A DNA stretch of 64,000 nt from an uncultured OCS116 cluster bacterium (GTDB lineage Bacteria; Pseudomonadota; Alphaproteobacteria; Rhizobiales; TMED25): positions 5,827 to 69,826 of the forward strand of contig CACPHU010000007.1 in assembly GCA_902633855.1 (NCBI GenBank). Reading direction: 5' to 3'. The first letter of the stretch is position 1; each line of letters begins with the position of its first letter. The notes beneath the pieces were generated by a model. That model saw only the letters and a program-made list of their open reading frames with translations. It ran no database searches and was not told the origin of the DNA. The translations under genes were made by a program, and so were the position numbers. This document shows, in pieces, positions 60,319-64,000 of this stretch.

Positions 60319-61473
60319 TTATTCTATATTCTTAAATAAATTAAAGAGATCATTTTGACCTTCAAAACCAATCCCTGGATTGTCGTTTAATTCTAGGTAT
60401 CCATCATTTAATTGATAATCATCATCATAACCAGAAAAAACTCCAAACACATTTGGGTAGGCTTCACACATTGAAAGACCAAAACCGCATGCTATGTGAA
60501 GTGACATCTGGTTACCACCGTGTGGCATAATCGAACTTACATCCCAATTAAATGCTCTTAGCTCCTTTAGTACCTCATTGAAATAACTGATCCCATAACT
60601 TTGGGGAACATCGATTTGAATTATATCTTGGCTCTCACGAAAGCCACCGTAATTTGCAAGATTCAAAAAATCTTGAATCGAGTATAGATTTTCGCCACCT
60701 GCGACTGCATTACCATATAGATTTATAAATTCATTATATCTCGAAAAATTTGATGGATGTGTTGGCTCTTCAAACCATTTTAAGCCATATGCGGATAACT
60801 CTTTTGCGTAGCCAAGATAATTACTTTCTTTGAGGCCACCATTTGCATCTAGAGCGACTTTTTCTGCTGAACCGGTTGCTTCAATTGCAGCTTCTACTCT
60901 CATTATATCCTCTTTGATTGGAGCACCTCCTATCTTTATTTTCATTAAACGATACCCATTATCAAAATTTCTTTTTATCTCATCTTTAAGATCATCAATG
61001 GTCTTGCCCTCGTCATAATAACCACCACCAACATAACAAAACATCTTATTAGTGGGTGTATAATTAGGAAATTTAATCGATAATAGCTTGTATAGTGGTA
61101 GATCTTGTGATTTTGCAATTGCGTCCCATAAAGCTGTTTCAATTGTCCCAATGGGTACAGATCTTTCCATATCTCCACCAGGCTTTTCTCCGACAAGCAT
61201 TACATGCAGGGCTTTCATTGTATCAATGCACCCATCATCATCAAGCAGATCGTTATCACTTGCATTTAAAAGGCGGGGTATAAATCTGTTGCGCATTTGA
61301 TCACCGCATGCATACCTCCCCGTAGAATTGAATGCATAACCTGTGTGTGTTTTTGCTCCATCATCTATCACTACTTTGACAATTGAAGTTGTCATTTCTT
61401 TGAATGAGAACATTGAATTACTCAGAGAAAGATTAAGTTTTATTGAGTTTTCCTTTATGTCAATAATCTTCAT
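60319..61473 (-). CDS. enolase-superfamily enzyme, mandelate racemase subgroup-like
   Basis: 384 aa with KIKIGG (KxK), LDANGG, FEEP, GGENL and MPHGG, matching the expected order of MR-type ligands and bases. Confidence 0.75.
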   Translation of the reverse strand: MKIIDIKENSIKLNLSLSNSMFSFKEMTTSIVKVVIDDGAKTHTGYAFNSTGRYACGDQMRNRFIPRLLNASDNDLLDDDGCIDTMKALHVMLVGEKPGGDMERSVPIGTIETALWDAIAKSQDLPLYKLLSIKFPNYTPTNKMFCYVGGGYYDEGKTIDDLKDEIKRNFDNGYRLMKIKIGGAPIKEDIMRVEAAIEATGSAEKVALDANGGLKESNYLGYAKELSAYGLKWFEEPTHPSNFSRYNEFINLYGNAVAGGENLYSIQDFLNLANYGGFRESQDIIQIDVPQSYGISYFNEVLKELRAFNWDVSSIMPHGGNQMSLHIACGFGLSMCEAYPNVFGVFSGYDDDYQLNDGYLELNDNPGIGFEGQNDLFNLFKNIE

Positions 61474-62519
61474 TTATGACTCCTATTATTCTTTGTTACA
61501 TATGATGCGAACGGTATGCATGATAATATTAAAAAAATTCTTAGACAATGACAAGTTGCTATAAAAGCCGACTCTACCCCGATTGCAAGTGAGAGCAGAA
61601 GCATTTCGGTAAATCCACCTGGCGCCATAGATAAATACAAGGCTCTAGGATCCATATCTACGATATTACTACTTATAACCGCAATGGCTAGAGCTGTACT
61701 TATCATTATGATTGCCATAACGAAGCCGTGAGTAACAGTATCTTTGAATTCTTTTTTTGTGATACCATGAAATCTTACCCCAAGACTTGTACCAAGTATA
61801 ATTTGCGCTGAAGCAACAATAAAAGAGGGAGGCTTCACTTCTGTTAATGATGTGAGGTGAAAAAAGGCACTAAGCAGAAGTGCGCCAAAGAGAGCGCCTC
61901 CGGGTAATTTATATTTCAAACCTAAAATACTACCTACTACTGCACAGAACAGCATGATAAACCAATCCGCAAAACTTATAAGGTGTAGCGGAGGATTTTC
62001 TATGATAATGCGAGCAAAATCTGTATTGAAATAGAATTTAATGATTATAGCACTGGTAATGACGACTAAAGCAATTCGCAATGAGTGTACAAGTATCATT
62101 TTTCTCTCATCTGCACCAGCATCAGAGCCAATAAATACTAATTCTGCTAAGCCACCTGGGGGTGCAGAAAATATTGATGTTACCACGTCCCATTTGGCGA
62201 TGTTACGATAGTAAATGTAACCGATTATGGACACGACAAAGGCATAGACGAATACAAGGGAGATTCCTTTGGGCCAGTTGTAGATTTGATCTAAAATTTC
62301 GGGTGTAAAAGAGGTACCGATTAAAACACCTAAAATTGGTAAAGCAACTCTTCGTAGCCTATTGTCAATGTCAAAGTAACCAATGGGTATTGATAAAAAA
62401 AGTGAGATCGTAAAAGAGCCAAGCATCCATGGCAGAGGAAAATTATAATAAGCAAAAATATACCCACCAATAAAACCCATTAATAGAGAAATAATATTCT
62501 TAACAATGAAATTGTGCAT
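61470..62519 (-). CDS. AbrB-family duplicated membrane protein (so-called putative ammonia monooxygenase; probable transporter)
   Basis: 349 aa, polytopic, with an internal duplication and FPLPWMLGS at the N-terminus. 4-nt overlap with the enolase-superfamily gene. Confidence 0.6.
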   Translation of the reverse strand: MHNFIVKNIISLLMGFIGGYIFAYYNFPLPWMLGSFTISLFLSIPIGYFDIDNRLRRVALPILGVLIGTSFTPEILDQIYNWPKGISLVFVYAFVVSIIGYIYYRNIAKWDVVTSIFSAPPGGLAELVFIGSDAGADERKMILVHSLRIALVVITSAIIIKFYFNTDFARIIIENPPLHLISFADWFIMLFCAVVGSILGLKYKLPGGALFGALLLSAFFHLTSLTEVKPPSFIVASAQIILGTSLGVRFHGITKKEFKDTVTHGFVMAIIMISTALAIAVISSNIVDMDPRALYLSMAPGGFTEMLLLSLAIGVESAFIATCHCLRIFLILSCIPFASYVTKNNRSHK

Positions 62520-62611
62520 CTAATGTGAATTTGGTTATTAATAGGTATCCTTAAAGTAATACAATATACAATTATTACAAGCCGTAATTATGATGTAAAT
62601 TGCCGTATAAC

Positions 62612-63211
62612 TCAGCTAATTATTATTATTTGAACAAGTGTAAGCAGCAGTAGGCCTGCCATAGAATAATTGAATATTTTCAATCTGCTGCTCGTCATAA
62701 GACGACGAAATTGTTGGCCAAGTAAAGCCCATAAACATTGGCATGGAAAATTTGCTAGTGAAAAAGCCGCGGTTACGAGGATAATACCCGATAATGAATT
62801 TGTTGGTGAGTATATAGAAATTGCAGTCAATGACATACTCCAGCCTTTTGGGTTAACCCACTGAAATAGTAAAGCCTGCAAAAATGATAATGGTTTTGAT
62901 TTTTGTTCCCCATTTTTTTCAATATCTGATGAGGATGTTGCAATTTTGTATGATAGAAATATTAGATAACCTCCACATAGAAATTTAAGAATTATTTGTG
63001 TAAAAGGAATTGCATTAAATACTTCCATTAGACCAATTCCGACACCAAAGACGAGTGTGCTAAACCCAATATTGATTCCAAGTATGTGGGGAAAAGTTTT
63101 ACGAAAGCCAAAATTGGTTCCAGAAGCCATTAGCATAATATTATTTGGACCCGGCGTTATTGAGGCTACAAATGCAAAAATAAACAGTGCGAAAATTATT
63201 TCAATACTCAT
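62612..63211 (-). CDS. LysE/RhtB family amino-acid exporter
   Basis: 199 aa with a SITPGPNNIMLMASG motif and 5-6 TM helices. Confidence 0.8.
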   Translation of the reverse strand: MSIEIIFALFIFAFVASITPGPNNIMLMASGTNFGFRKTFPHILGINIGFSTLVFGVGIGLMEVFNAIPFTQIILKFLCGGYLIFLSYKIATSSSDIEKNGEQKSKPLSFLQALLFQWVNPKGWSMSLTAISIYSPTNSLSGIILVTAAFSLANFPCQCLWALLGQQFRRLMTSSRLKIFNYSMAGLLLLTLVQIIIIS

Positions 63212-63221
63212 TATTCAATCA

Positions 63222-63974
63222 TCAACTGAATTTATTTAGAATATAATCTTGCGCTTTTGACTTGTGATATTTGATGTTTGGTATTCCCAAATCTACAGGC
63301 TCAGGATCAACTATTTCAATAAGAGCATTATTTTGTATTGCGTACCTTAAAGCTATATTTGTTATATTTACACTGAATGAGGTACCCATGAATATATAGT
63401 GATCAGCATTTCTCATCCAAGACTCGGCTTCAGACATTCTGTATTGATCGGTGTAATACTCATCAAATAATAATATAAATGGACGTAAGGACTTACCTAG
63501 CTCGGGTTTTTTTGTTTCTTTTGATATTCTAAATGCATCGAGAAGTCTTATCTTGATATCATGATTTTCTCCGTCAGTTAGTTCATCAATCTCATCCCAC
63601 GGGGCATCTGTTAGCTCTAGTAAATTATCCATCTCATCATAAATCAGAGCTTTATCAAGTCTGCCGTGAATCGGAATATAGTCTTTGTTTCCCGCCTTAC
63701 CGTCCAAGCCGTCAACATTTTGTGTGATAAGTCTTTTATTTGATAAAAAATGATGGACTTTATTTGGCATGACATTTCGATATGATGCAAATCTTTTAAA
63801 GTACCACAAAAGAAACTCTTCTGGATTATTTTGATACATATGACGTGTTGCCATCTCCTGCGGTGTGTAATTTACGCTACCAATAGTCCAAAAGCCGTCA
63901 TTCCCTCGAAAAGTTGGTATACCACTTTCCGCACTTACACCCGCGCCTGTTATGTAAAGAATATTTTCAATCAT
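63222..63974 (-). CDS. SIR2-family NAD-dependent deacylase-like protein lacking the zinc ribbon
   Basis: 250 aa with ITGAGVSAESGIPTFRG, TQNVDGL, catalytic-His context IPIHG and FMGTSFSV. The translated protein contains no cysteine at all. Confidence 0.8.
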   Translation of the reverse strand: MIENILYITGAGVSAESGIPTFRGNDGFWTIGSVNYTPQEMATRHMYQNNPEEFLLWYFKRFASYRNVMPNKVHHFLSNKRLITQNVDGLDGKAGNKDYIPIHGRLDKALIYDEMDNLLELTDAPWDEIDELTDGENHDIKIRLLDAFRISKETKKPELGKSLRPFILLFDEYYTDQYRMSEAESWMRNADHYIFMGTSFSVNITNIALRYAIQNNALIEIVDPEPVDLGIPNIKYHKSKAQDYILNKFS

Positions 63975-64000
63975 ATGAAATTATATCACGATTACTTAGA

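Overview
Visibly AT-rich, extremely gene-dense chromosomal segment. I call about 61 intact CDS, one gene remnant and one tRNA. There is almost no intergenic DNA, and several convergent genes overlap at their stop codons.

The backbone is alphaproteobacterial housekeeping synteny: pyrG, serS-surE-nlpD-like, DUF815 ATPase, yajC-secD-secF, trmFO, uvrA<>ssb-gyrA-coaD-PPIase-queA-tgt-tRNA-Lys, then glmU-glmS, then recG<>sdhE-mfd, with IalB and HspQ also present. This fits a streamlined marine alphaproteobacterium. SAR11- or HIMB59-like is only a guess from composition and gene content.

I see no transposase, integrase, phage genes, CRISPR array, rRNA or recognisable soluble transcription factor anywhere in the window.

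Two accessory metabolic blocks interrupt the core.
- Block 1 (about 19.7-34.9 kb) starts right after tRNA-Lys. It holds a VOC protein, DUF2141, a decayed DMT transporter remnant, a GMC oxidoreductase coupled to an orphan CoxL-type molybdenum hydroxylase large subunit, a tightly coupled 7-gene operon (nitroreductase-like, Gfo/Idh/MocA, flavin reductase, acyl-CoA dehydrogenase, type III CoA-transferase, MaoC hydratase, CocE/NonD hydrolase), and a cupin / amidohydrolase_2 / Gfo set.
- Block 2 (about 38.2-47.3 kb) holds a DsrE-like protein, an unknown protein, a YbaK-like deacylase, a second VOC paralog, an unusual nitrile hydratase, katG, a divergent ACAD and a TRZ/ATZ-type amidohydrolase.

The best candidate for something undescribed is the cobalt-type nitrile hydratase at 40246..41518. 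Its beta subunit is split: the N-terminal half is fused through a His-rich linker to a complete alpha subunit, and the C-terminal half is a separate downstream ORF. No activator gene is nearby.

Secondary candidates:
- the GMC / orphan Mo-hydroxylase pair;
- the 7-gene CoA-dependent operon of unknown substrate;
- a cysteine-free (zinc-ribbon-less) sirtuin at the window edge;
- two genes (uvrA and the ybaK-like gene) whose conserved N-termini lie upstream of any canonical start codon, each next to a homopolymer run.

All functional calls come from reading the translated ORFs by eye. No database search was possible.
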